64,000 nucleotides of DNA from Myxococcota bacterium (GTDB lineage Bacteria; Myxococcota_A; UBA9042; PHBI01; JAWLBL01). The notes beneath the pieces are model-generated. The model had not been told where the DNA came from. It was given only the letters and a program-made list of their open reading frames with translations, and ran no database searches. Location of the stretch: positions 32,001 to 96,000 of the forward strand of contig JAWLBL010000026.1 of assembly GCA_041687695.1 (NCBI GenBank). Reading direction: 5' to 3'. Both the position numbers and the translations under genes were made by a program. Below are positions 9,062 through 17,829 of this stretch, piece by piece; position 1 is the stretch's first letter; each line of letters begins with the position of its first letter.

Positions 9062-10924
9062 GTGAGCCCCCGCGCCGCCAAGCCCGCCCGTCGCCCCCCA
9101 CGCCGCAGCCTGGCCGGCCGCATCGTGCGCGGCCTCCTGCTGCTCGGCGTCGTCGCCATGGCGCTGGGCCTGCTCGCCTTCTGGCTGGCCGGCGTCGTGC
9201 TCGACCCGATGCTCCCGCCGGTCCAGTCGGTCGCCGAGTACCGCAAGAGCGCCGTCCAGACCTCGCGCGTGTACGCCGCGGACGGCTCGCTGCTGGCCGA
9301 GTTCCACCTCGAGCGCCGCACCCTGGTCGGGCCGGGCGACCTTCCGCGCCACGTCCGCCTCGCCGCGGTCGCCGCCGAGGACGGCGACTTCTACACCCAC
9401 GAGGGGCTCGACTTCTTCGGGATGATCCGCGCCTTCATCGTCAACGTGCGCGACGGCCGCTTCTCGCAGGGCGCCTCGACCATCACGCAGCAGGTCGCGC
9501 GGACCTTCTACCTGTCGGCCGACAAGACCCTCACCCGCAAGCTCCTCGAGGTCTTCCTCGCCCGAAAGCTCGAGCGGCACCTGTCCAAGGACGAGATCCT
9601 CGAGCTGTACCTGAACCAGATATACTTCGGCCACGGGCGCTACGGCATCGCCGAGGCCGCCTCCTACTACCTGGCCAAGGAGGTGCGCGCGCTGACGGTC
9701 GCCGACGCCGCCCTGCTGATGGCCCTGGTGCCGGCCCCCGAGCGCCTCAACCCCTTCACCGACCTCACCGCGTGCCTGACCCGCCGTGATCGCATCATCA
9801 ACGCGATGCTCAGCCGCGGCTATGTGGCGCGCGACGAGGCGCGGGCCGCCTTGGCCGAGGTCCCCGCCCTGGCCCGCGCCCGCCCTCCGCCGCTGGCCCA
9901 CGCCCCGTGGTTCGTCGACGTCGTGCGCCGCCGCGTCGAGGCCGGGCTCGGCCGCAAGGCCCTGCTCGCGGGCGGCCTGCACATCCACACCAGCCTGCAG
10001 CCCGCCGCCCAGGAGGCGGTCGACGCCGCCGTCGCCCGCCTCGTCCAGGCCCAGCCCGACGGCCCCGAGGTCGCCGTCGTCGTCATGGACCCGCACACCC
10101 GAGAGGTCCTGGCCCTCGCCGGCGGCCGCGACCCGGCGCGCTCGTCCTTCAACCGCGCCATCCAGGCCCGCCGCCAGGCCGGCAGCACCTTCAAGACCTT
10201 CATCTACGGCGCCGGCCTCGAGGCGGGCCGCCTCACCCCCGAGACCTCCTACGACAACCGCCGCATCTCGCTGCGCGGCCGCGCCGGCGCCTGGCGGCCC
10301 GCCAACTACGACGGCGTCTACGACGGCCGCCCGACCCCCCTGGGCGAGGCCCTCGCCCGCTCGATCAACGTCATCGCCGTCCAGGCCCTGCGCGACGTCG
10401 GAGTCGCCCGCGTGACCGATTTCGCCCGCCGCCTCGGCGTGCGCGCCACGATGCCCGCCGACCTGTCCATCGCCCTGGGCAGCCCCGAGGTCACCCCGCT
10501 CGAGCTCGTCAACGCCTACGCCACGCTCGCCGCCAGCGGCCGGCAGGGCCAGCCCGTCTTCGTGCGCCGGGTCGAAGACGCCGAGGGGCGCGTCCTGTAC
10601 GGCGACGACCCTCAGTGGTCCAACGGCACCACGCCCGCGGTCGCCCACGCCTTGACGGCCATGCTCCGGGAGGTCGTCGCCAGCGGGACCGGCAAGAAGG
10701 CGGCCGTGCCCGGGGTCGAGGTCGCCGGCAAGACCGGGACCACCAACGATCAGGTCGACGCCTGGTTCGTAGGTTACACGCCGGACCTCGCGGCGGTCGT
10801 GTGGTTGGGCCACGACCGGCAGCGCTCCATGGAGGGCGGCACCGGCGGCGGGCTCGCCGCCCCGCTGTGGGCCGAAGTCGTCGGAACCATGATGGGTTCC
10901 TACTCTCCCCCTCACGGAGGGTGA
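9062..10924 (+). CDS. class A penicillin-binding protein (PBP1A family transglycosylase/transpeptidase)
   Basis: EDGDFYTHEG, QGASTITQQVAR, RKLLE, ELYLNQIYFG; transpeptidase GSTFK (SxxK), SIN (SxN), KTGT; GTG start at 9062 chosen. Confidence 0.93.
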   Translation: MSPRAAKPARRPPRRSLAGRIVRGLLLLGVVAMALGLLAFWLAGVVLDPMLPPVQSVAEYRKSAVQTSRVYAADGSLLAEFHLERRTLVGPGDLPRHVRLAAVAAEDGDFYTHEGLDFFGMIRAFIVNVRDGRFSQGASTITQQVARTFYLSADKTLTRKLLEVFLARKLERHLSKDEILELYLNQIYFGHGRYGIAEAASYYLAKEVRALTVADAALLMALVPAPERLNPFTDLTACLTRRDRIINAMLSRGYVARDEARAALAEVPALARARPPPLAHAPWFVDVVRRRVEAGLGRKALLAGGLHIHTSLQPAAQEAVDAAVARLVQAQPDGPEVAVVVMDPHTREVLALAGGRDPARSSFNRAIQARRQAGSTFKTFIYGAGLEAGRLTPETSYDNRRISLRGRAGAWRPANYDGVYDGRPTPLGEALARSINVIAVQALRDVGVARVTDFARRLGVRATMPADLSIALGSPEVTPLELVNAYATLAASGRQGQPVFVRRVEDAEGRVLYGDDPQWSNGTTPAVAHALTAMLREVVASGTGKKAAVPGVEVAGKTGTTNDQVDAWFVGYTPDLAAVVWLGHDRQRSMEGGTGGGLAAPLWAEVVGTMMGSYSPPHGG

Positions 10925-10936
10925 CCGGGAGGGTCG

Positions 10937-11620
10937 GTGTCCGCTCAGCATGATTCCTCGAGTCGCTACGCTGCCTTGCGGCGTGCGCTGGTGACCACGC
11001 GCGTCATGGACCGGGGGGTCAGCGACCCGCGCGTCCTGCGGGCGCTCATGGCCGTGCCGCGTCACGAGTTCGTGCCGCCCGAGTACCGCGAGCTTGCCTA
11101 TGTCGACCGCCCGCTGCCGCTCGGGCAGGGGCAGACCATCTCGCAGCCCTCCATCGTCGGGCTCATGACCGAGCTGGCGCTGAGCGGTCGGCCGCGCCGC
11201 GCGTTGGACGTCGGCACCGGCTCGGGGTACCAGGCCGCCGTGCTCGCCGAGCTGGGCTGCGAGGTCTACAGCCTCGAGATCCGGCGCGCCCTGGCCCAGG
11301 CCGCGCAGGCGCGCCTCGCCCTCCTGGGGTACGGCGAGCGGGTCCGGGTACGCTGCGACGACGGCGCTCACGGCTGGCCCGAGCACGCACCCTTCGATCT
11401 CATCGTGGTCGCCGCGGCCCCCGAGCGCGTGCCGGAGGCGCTCGTCGAACAGCTCGCGCCCGGCGGAAGGCTCGTGCTGCCGGTCGGGCGCCATCGGCAG
11501 GACCTGGTCCTGGTGCTGCGCGAGGCCAGCGGCCGCTTGCGGCAGCGCCTGGTCGAGCCCGTCCGCTTCGTCCCGCTGGTCGGCCCCGACGCGGCCGGCT
11601 CGTCCCCAGACGCGCGCTGA
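10937..11620 (+). CDS. pcm: protein-L-isoaspartate(D-aspartate) O-methyltransferase
   Basis: VPRHEFVP, AYVDRPLPLGQGQTISQP, LDVGTGSGYQAAVLA, GWPEHAPFD, QLAPGGRLVLPVG, VRFVPL. Confidence 0.95.
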   Translation: MSAQHDSSSRYAALRRALVTTRVMDRGVSDPRVLRALMAVPRHEFVPPEYRELAYVDRPLPLGQGQTISQPSIVGLMTELALSGRPRRALDVGTGSGYQAAVLAELGCEVYSLEIRRALAQAAQARLALLGYGERVRVRCDDGAHGWPEHAPFDLIVVAAAPERVPEALVEQLAPGGRLVLPVGRHRQDLVLVLREASGRLRQRLVEPVRFVPLVGPDAAGSSPDAR

Positions 11621-11629
11621 GAGGGCGCC

Positions 11630-12031
11630 ATGTTGCACTGCTTCGATCACGGCGTCGGCCCCGGGCCGGGCCGTCCGGGTGACCCCGAGGCCCAGGGACG
11701 CGACGAGGCCGCTGCGCGGCGCGATCGCTGGCTGGTCTGCGCCGACTGCGGGTACCCGATCACCCGCGAGGAGCACCGGACCGAGCGGGATGGCCAGCAC
11801 CAGCACACGCAGATGAACCCGCACGGGGTCATCCACCGCGTCGCGCTGTACACCCAGGCGCCCGGCTGCGTGCCCCAGAGCGACCCCGAGGCCTACTGGA
11901 GCTGGTTCACGGGATACGCCTGGACCATCGTGGGCTGCGGCGGGTGCGCCCAGCACCTGGGATGGCGGTTCGACGCTCCCTCGGACCAGTTCTACGGCCT
12001 GCTGCCCGAGCGACTGGCCGAGCGCGTCTGA
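11630..12031 (+). CDS. cereblon-family CULT (thalidomide-binding) domain protein
   Basis: Zn-binding CADC and CGGC; NPHG; SWFTGYAW; HLGWRF; FYGL. These match the human CRBN motifs NPHG, SWFPGYAW, HIGWKF and FWGL. Confidence 0.92.
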   Translation: MLHCFDHGVGPGPGRPGDPEAQGRDEAAARRDRWLVCADCGYPITREEHRTERDGQHQHTQMNPHGVIHRVALYTQAPGCVPQSDPEAYWSWFTGYAWTIVGCGGCAQHLGWRFDAPSDQFYGLLPERLAERV

Positions 12032-12071
12032 CGCTCCGACCGCACGCGGCCCGTACGGCGTGGACGTCCGC

Positions 12072-12734
12072 TCAGGCGGCCTTGTCGACGTCGTCGACCT
12101 TGAGCGTGTTGAGCAGCGTCTGCATCTTGGCCTCGACGCGGCTGATGAACGGGACGTTGTCCAGCACGATGGCGCGGCTCTCGCGCGCCGGCATCAGCAC
12201 GAGGCGCCCCGCGCGGCACAGGGCGTACTCCATGACGTCCTTGATCTCCTTGGTGATCCGCATCTCCGGGGCGGGCCAGCGCTCGACGTCGCCCAAAAAG
12301 CCGTGGTGGTGCAGCAGCTCGTTGTTGCGGATCTCCCAGTAGTCGAAGCGCGCCTTGACCAGCACGGCCAGCAGGATGACCGCGAAGCCGGCCGCCCAGA
12401 ACCAGTAGAAGGTCGCGTTCATGAACATCGGCTGGTCCAGGACGGACTGGATGGCGCCCCAGATCTGCGGATACAGCGCGCTGAGCAGGCCGACGATGAC
12501 CATCGCCATGACGATGACGACGCTGGCGAGGCGCGTGAAGTCGAACGCCACGACCGCCAGGTTGAAGAAGAAGGTCAGGGTGAAGAGCAGGCCCGTGATG
12601 CCCGGCTCGGCGGGCGTCGCCGGCGACCAGGTCATGACCAGCCCCGCGATGACCGCCGCGAGCATCGAGGGATAGAAGTAGATCACGCTCGAGAGCGGGC
12701 GGATCACCACACGATCGATCGTCTTGCCGGCCAT
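12072..12734 (-). CDS. hypothetical membrane protein (~4 TM, soluble C-terminal domain, possibly PH-like)
   Basis: Hydrophobic segments followed by DYWEIRNNELLHHHGFLG; GGAGG RBS before ATG at 12734. Confidence 0.7.
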   Translation of the reverse strand: MAGKTIDRVVIRPLSSVIYFYPSMLAAVIAGLVMTWSPATPAEPGITGLLFTLTFFFNLAVVAFDFTRLASVVIVMAMVIVGLLSALYPQIWGAIQSVLDQPMFMNATFYWFWAAGFAVILLAVLVKARFDYWEIRNNELLHHHGFLGDVERWPAPEMRITKEIKDVMEYALCRAGRLVLMPARESRAIVLDNVPFISRVEAKMQTLLNTLKVDDVDKAA

Positions 12735-12824
12735 CTGGACCTCCTTGATCTCTGCCTTGTGACATCGGCGCCGCCCGGCGGTCAAGCCGGGGCCGGGCGG
12801 CGCCGCGTCATCGGACGCCCCGGA

Positions 12825-15224
12825 TCAGATGGGGCGGTAGACCTGGCCGCCGGCGACCATCCAGCAGCCGGACGTCTTCTCGCAGAAGAAGCGAGCGTCC
12901 TGGCCGTAGAACGAGTCGATGAGCGTCCAGTCGTCCTTGCCCTGACCGACCAGGAAGACGCGGTCCTTGGAGCGGTACGAGCCGTAGTGGACCAGGCGCA
13001 GGCCCGAGCCGTCGGCGACGTCGACCGCGCCGGGCCAGTAGGCCGCCTGGGACTGGGTCCAGGTGGCGCCGAAGTCGCTCGAGACGCGGTCGCGGTAGCG
13101 CAGCGTGCCCTCGGCGAGCGTGAACTCCTCGACCCGGCCCTGGTGGCTGATCTCGCGCTGGACGAAGAAGTGCCGGCCGCCGTCGTTCGAGCGCAGCAGC
13201 AGGTTGCCGCCATTGCGCGACTCGTAGGTCACCGCCAGGACGGTGTTGCCCTCGCCGGTCATCCTCTGGATGGGCGACGGGGTGCCGGTCGCGACGGGCC
13301 ACCAGGTCGAGCCCTCGTTGTCCGAGCGATACAGCTCGCCGCGCGCGCCCGCCGCGTACAGGACCCCGCCCACCTCGTGCAGGCCGATGAAGGCGGTCTT
13401 GTTCTTGGGCCCGGTGTCCAGCTGCAGCCACAGATCCAGGTTGCCCTGCGCCTTCAGGATCGTCCCGCCGCCGCCGGCCGCGTAGACCGAGCCGTCGGAC
13501 GCGATGAAGGTGTCGACGATCTTGCCGGCCTTCTTGGGCAGCTGCGCCTCCTTGAAGGCCTTGCCGCCGTCGACCGAGACGACCACCTTGCCGCCGCCGA
13601 TGGCCACGATGCGCTCGCCGCGCGTGTCGAAGCCGCTCAGGCCGCGCAGCTCGAAGCCCGAGCGGGCCTTCCAGCTGGCGCCGCCGTCGGTCGTGAAGGC
13701 GACGAGGCCGGCCGCGCCCACCGCGAGGCCGATGTCGCCCTCGAAGCTGAAGCTGGCCACGTTGGGCAGCCCCATCGGCGTGGTCACGGTGCGCGTGAGC
13801 TTGCAGACCTCGCTGCGCCCCGGCAGCCCGTCGCAGTCGCCCGGCTTGCCCACCAGCGCGAGGCTCGCCAGCTCGGTCGGGTCGGCCACCTCGGTCCAGG
13901 TCACGCCGCCGTCCGCGCTCTCGATGCCGCTCTTGCCGTTGGGGATGACGTAGCGCCCGCCGACCTTGAAGATGGCCTTGAACGACCCGTTCGCCGGCGC
14001 CGGCAGCACGGCGAACGACTCGCCACCGTCGGCCGAGCGCACGATGGTGCCGCCGTCGCCCACGATGAGGATGGTGGCGCCGTCGACCAGCCCCGCGTTG
14101 AGGGTCTTGGTCGTGTTCAGCGGGCGCTCGGCCCACGCCGCGCCGTCGCGCGTGACCGCGAGGCCGCCCTTGGCGCCCAGCGCGTAGTACGGTCCGCTGG
14201 GGCTGCCGATGACCGCCTTGAGGCCCTTGAAGGGCAGGGTGGCCATGACCCAGTTGCCGCCGTTGTCGTTCGTGAAGGCGACGTGCTTGGCGGCCTCGAC
14301 GACCGCGACGCCCTTGGACAGGCCGTGGGCCAGGCCCTTGACCTCGCACACGATGCCGGTGCCCTTGCCGACGCGCCCCTTGGCGCACAGGCCCTTGCTG
14401 GTCGCCGCCGTCTTGCCGTCGGGCAGCGCCGGCAGCTCGTCGAGCTTCATCCACGCGCTGCCGTTGGTGGTCGCGTAGCCGTTCTTGCCCGCGAAGGCGA
14501 TCGCCTTGCCGCCCGCCGTGATGACGGTCTTGGCCTTGAACTTGTCGGGCAGCATGCCCGCGACGCCCACGTTGCCCGCCTTGTCGTAGCGGACGTACGA
14601 GCCGGTCTTGCCGACCGCCACGACGCCGGCCTCGCCGACCGTGACGCTGACCAGCTCGTCGTTGGTGAAGCGCGGCAGGTCGCTCCAGCTGCGCCCGTCC
14701 TTGCTCATCGCCATGTAGCCGTTCTTGCCGACGGCCACGTACGGCCCGCCCGGCGCGCCCGCGACGGCCACCACGGTGCCGTTGGTGTGGCGCTGAAAGC
14801 CCCAGGAGGCGCCTGCGTCGGTCGTGACGCCGACGTGGTTGTCCTTGGTCAGGGCGATGCCCTCGGTGGCGCTGATGACGTGGCCCAGCGTCACCTGCGA
14901 GCCCAGGAAGGCGTGCACCACGCCCCAGGCCTTGAACTTGTCGGCCGCCGCGGTCCCGACGCCCTGCCGAGGCGCGATCTCGGCCTCGACCGTCCCCACG
15001 GGCGCGCGCGGCTCGGCCTTCGGCGCGTTCGCCTCGGCCTCCGTCGGCGCCTCTCCTTCGCCCTTCGGGCCTCGCTCGGCCGCCGCGCTCCCCTCGGGCG
15101 CCGGGCTCACCCGCGCCTCGGGCCGCTCGGCCTCGCCCCGATCCTGTGACGCGCACCCGCCGCCCAGCGCCAACAGCGCCACGGCGCCGAGGCGGACGGT
15201 CCACCCCCGGTTCCAAACCTGCAT
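12825..15224 (-). CDS. YCF48/BNR (Asp-box) repeat beta-propeller lipoprotein
   Basis: Lipobox LGGGC; many S/T-x-D-G-G-x-S/T-W/F Asp-boxes (TTDAGASW, SADGGESF, TTDGGASW, SDNEGSTW); AGGAGG RBS. Confidence 0.85.
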   Translation of the reverse strand: MQVWNRGWTVRLGAVALLALGGGCASQDRGEAERPEARVSPAPEGSAAAERGPKGEGEAPTEAEANAPKAEPRAPVGTVEAEIAPRQGVGTAAADKFKAWGVVHAFLGSQVTLGHVISATEGIALTKDNHVGVTTDAGASWGFQRHTNGTVVAVAGAPGGPYVAVGKNGYMAMSKDGRSWSDLPRFTNDELVSVTVGEAGVVAVGKTGSYVRYDKAGNVGVAGMLPDKFKAKTVITAGGKAIAFAGKNGYATTNGSAWMKLDELPALPDGKTAATSKGLCAKGRVGKGTGIVCEVKGLAHGLSKGVAVVEAAKHVAFTNDNGGNWVMATLPFKGLKAVIGSPSGPYYALGAKGGLAVTRDGAAWAERPLNTTKTLNAGLVDGATILIVGDGGTIVRSADGGESFAVLPAPANGSFKAIFKVGGRYVIPNGKSGIESADGGVTWTEVADPTELASLALVGKPGDCDGLPGRSEVCKLTRTVTTPMGLPNVASFSFEGDIGLAVGAAGLVAFTTDGGASWKARSGFELRGLSGFDTRGERIVAIGGGKVVVSVDGGKAFKEAQLPKKAGKIVDTFIASDGSVYAAGGGGTILKAQGNLDLWLQLDTGPKNKTAFIGLHEVGGVLYAAGARGELYRSDNEGSTWWPVATGTPSPIQRMTGEGNTVLAVTYESRNGGNLLLRSNDGGRHFFVQREISHQGRVEEFTLAEGTLRYRDRVSSDFGATWTQSQAAYWPGAVDVADGSGLRLVHYGSYRSKDRVFLVGQGKDDWTLIDSFYGQDARFFCEKTSGCWMVAGGQVYRPI

Positions 15225-15337
15225 CGCTCTTCCTCCTGTGGATGAGGGCGCGGACCATGACAAGCCCGCCCGAAAAGCGCAAGTCCACCGCGGCATATGC
15301 GAACCCATCCCGCGGATCGCCGGCGGGGACCCTGGCC

Positions 15338-16039
15338 TCACTCCACCGGAGGCGCCAACTCGAGCCGCCACGGGCCGAGCCGCGTGGGCGCCGCGAGCGC
15401 CTCGTCCAGCGCCTCGAGGAAGCGCGACCGCCGCCACTCCGTGGCCCCGAAGCGCGCCAGGTGGTCCGTGTAGACCTGGCAGTCGACGAGCGGCATGCCC
15501 CAGGCCTGCAGCTGCCTGACCAGCGTCACGAACGCGATCTTCGACGCGTCGGGGGCGCGCGCGAACATCGACTCGCCGAAGTAGGCCGCCCCCAGCGACA
15601 CCCCGTACAGGCCGCCGACCAGCTCGTCACCCAGCCACGCCTCGGCCGAGTGTGCCAGGCCGGCCTCGTGCAGATCGCAATAGGCCTCGATCATCTCGCC
15701 GGTGATCCAGGTCCCGCGCTGGCCCGGCCGCCGGGTCTGCGCGCAGGCCTCGATGACCTGGCGGAAGGCCGTGTCCAGGCGCACCTCGTACGGCTGCTTG
15801 CGGATGACCTTGCGCAGGCTGCGCCCCACGACCAGCTCGTCGGCCCGCAGCACCATGCGCGGGTCGGGCGAGTGCCACAGGATGGGCAGCCCCTCCTCGT
15901 ACCAGGGGAAGATCCCGGACCGATAGGCCAGCACCAGCCGCTCGCGGCTCAGATCTCCGCCCACCGCCAGCAGGCCCGACCGCTCGGCGCGCTGAGGCGG
16001 CGGGAAGACCAGCTCTCGACCCAACGCGTAGACCGGCAT
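15338..16039 (-). CDS. aat: leucyl/phenylalanyl-tRNA--protein transferase (N-degron pathway)
   Basis: GLLAVGGDLS, AYRSGIFPW, WHSPDPR, TWI, AHSAEAW, LVGGLYGV, FGESMF, DASKIA, DCQ. Confidence 0.95.
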   Translation of the reverse strand: MPVYALGRELVFPPPQRAERSGLLAVGGDLSRERLVLAYRSGIFPWYEEGLPILWHSPDPRMVLRADELVVGRSLRKVIRKQPYEVRLDTAFRQVIEACAQTRRPGQRGTWITGEMIEAYCDLHEAGLAHSAEAWLGDELVGGLYGVSLGAAYFGESMFARAPDASKIAFVTLVRQLQAWGMPLVDCQVYTDHLARFGATEWRRSRFLEALDEALAAPTRLGPWRLELAPPVE

Positions 16040-16134
16040 GCGTTTGCGCCTCCTCCTCGTCCACCGCACCCGCCGACTCCCCAGGGTATCCCAAACTTGC
16101 GCGCGCCCCGCGCGGGGAAGTAGACAACCCGCCG

Positions 16135-17793
16135 ATGCGCGACGAGCACCCAGCCCGCGACCCGGAGTCCGGCCCCTCGTGGCTCGGCCGACTCACGCGC
16201 GCCGAGGCCGAGGTCGCGTGGTACCACGTCCTGTTCGCGCTGTGCACCGTCGCGACGGCCCTGCCGATCTGGGCCGGCCCCGTGCTGCCCTTCCAGGACT
16301 TCGCCGGGAACATGACCTACGCGGTCATCCTGGCCGACAGCGCCGTCGACGGGTCGCTCTATCAGCGGGTCTACGAGACCGGCGGCCCCCTGCTGCCCAA
16401 CGGCCTCGCCTTCTTCACCTGGGCGTGGCTCGGCCCGCTGCTCGGCTTCGTCACGGCCGGCAAGCTCATCCTGACCGCCTACGCGGTCGCCCTGCCGCTG
16501 TCGGTCGACCGCCTCCTCGTCGCCGCCGGCCGCGAGCGCCGCTTCGCCCTGCTCGCCTTCCCGGCCGTCTACAACCTCAGCGCCGTCATGGGCTTCGTCA
16601 GCTACGTGACCGCCCTGCCGCTGGCCCTGTTCGCGGTCGGCCAGGCCATGCGCTTCCACGCCCGCCCCACCTGGCAGCGCGGCGCCCTGGTCGCCGTGTT
16701 GTCGATGCTGACCTTCCTGGGCCACGCCCAGGGTTACCTCGTCCTCGGCGTCATGGCCCTGGCCCTGGTCCTGACCCTGCCGCGCACGTGGCGCCAGTTC
16801 CTGCTCCTGTGCGCCCCCTTCGCCGCCTCGTTGCTGCTGTTTGTGCCCTGGGCCTTCGAGCAGTTCGTCGCCCCGCCCGACCCCTCGGCCCTCGGCGGCG
16901 CCGACCTGCGGCCCTACTACCACCGCCCGGTCGAGCTCTTCGCCCTCCTGGCCAAGTACACCTTCGTCCTGTGGGGCGGCGTCGTCGACGACTGGGTCTT
17001 CCTCGGCTGCGTCGCCGTCGCCCTGGTCGGCTTCGCCTGCCGCCGCGTCGAGCGCCTGCCTGCTTTGGGGCGCAGCCGCTTCGCCATCGAGGCCGTGACC
17101 CTGGCGCTGGTCCTCACCTACCTCGTCGTCCCCGAGCACACCTACGTCCAGGCCGTCATCGGCTCGCGCCTGGTCGTGCTGGCCTTCCTCGTCGGCCTGG
17201 GCTGGCTGGCCCTGCCACGCGCCCCCGCCGCGCGGCTGGGGCTGATGACCGCCATGGCCGCGCTGTCGCTGACCTACGGTCTGAGCGCCGCCTCCGGCGT
17301 CGCCCGCTACAACCGCACCGAGTCCGGCCCCGAGGTCCTCTCCCTGGTCGACTCCGTCCCCGAAGGCGCGCGCCTCGCCGTCTTCCTGCCCTATCGCTCG
17401 AGCGAGGTGACCGACGTCAACGCCCACGAGCACGTCTACGGCTACCACTTCGCCTTCAACCGCGGCCTGGCCTATACGGGCTTCCACAGCTACTACGGCC
17501 GCCACGCCCGCTGGCGCGACGATCGCCGCGTCCCCGGCCACGGCCACGATCCGCTGGGCTTCCTGGGCAGCCCCACCGCCTGCTGGTACGAGTTCGCCCT
17601 GCTGCGCTCCGCCACGCTGCCGCGCTGGCACAAATACGACGACGCCGTGACCTATATGGGCTCGACGCTGAACTACTCGCTGTGGAAGCTCGATCACGCG
17701 CAGCTGCCGGCGTGCCGGCCCCCGTCGACCGACGAACCCATCGAGGACGCGCCGGACGTTGACGCGACCGCCCGCCACGTCACGGGGACCTAG
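16135..17793 (+). CDS. multi-pass membrane protein, possible GT-C-type glycosyltransferase
   Basis: About 11 hydrophobic segments, LPFQD motif in the first loop, soluble C-terminal domain; function inferred from topology only. Confidence 0.6.
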   Translation: MRDEHPARDPESGPSWLGRLTRAEAEVAWYHVLFALCTVATALPIWAGPVLPFQDFAGNMTYAVILADSAVDGSLYQRVYETGGPLLPNGLAFFTWAWLGPLLGFVTAGKLILTAYAVALPLSVDRLLVAAGRERRFALLAFPAVYNLSAVMGFVSYVTALPLALFAVGQAMRFHARPTWQRGALVAVLSMLTFLGHAQGYLVLGVMALALVLTLPRTWRQFLLLCAPFAASLLLFVPWAFEQFVAPPDPSALGGADLRPYYHRPVELFALLAKYTFVLWGGVVDDWVFLGCVAVALVGFACRRVERLPALGRSRFAIEAVTLALVLTYLVVPEHTYVQAVIGSRLVVLAFLVGLGWLALPRAPAARLGLMTAMAALSLTYGLSAASGVARYNRTESGPEVLSLVDSVPEGARLAVFLPYRSSEVTDVNAHEHVYGYHFAFNRGLAYTGFHSYYGRHARWRDDRRVPGHGHDPLGFLGSPTACWYEFALLRSATLPRWHKYDDAVTYMGSTLNYSLWKLDHAQLPACRPPSTDEPIEDAPDVDATARHVTGT

Positions 17794-17829
17794 TCGCCTC
17801 GGGCCGCTACACCGGCTACAGTGCCGTGC

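Noticed and set aside
10937..11620. RiPP aspartimide-forming methyltransferase (OlvS/TceM type)
   Set aside because: The protein has housekeeping Pcm length with no C-terminal extension, and there is no precursor peptide or RiPP synthetase nearby.
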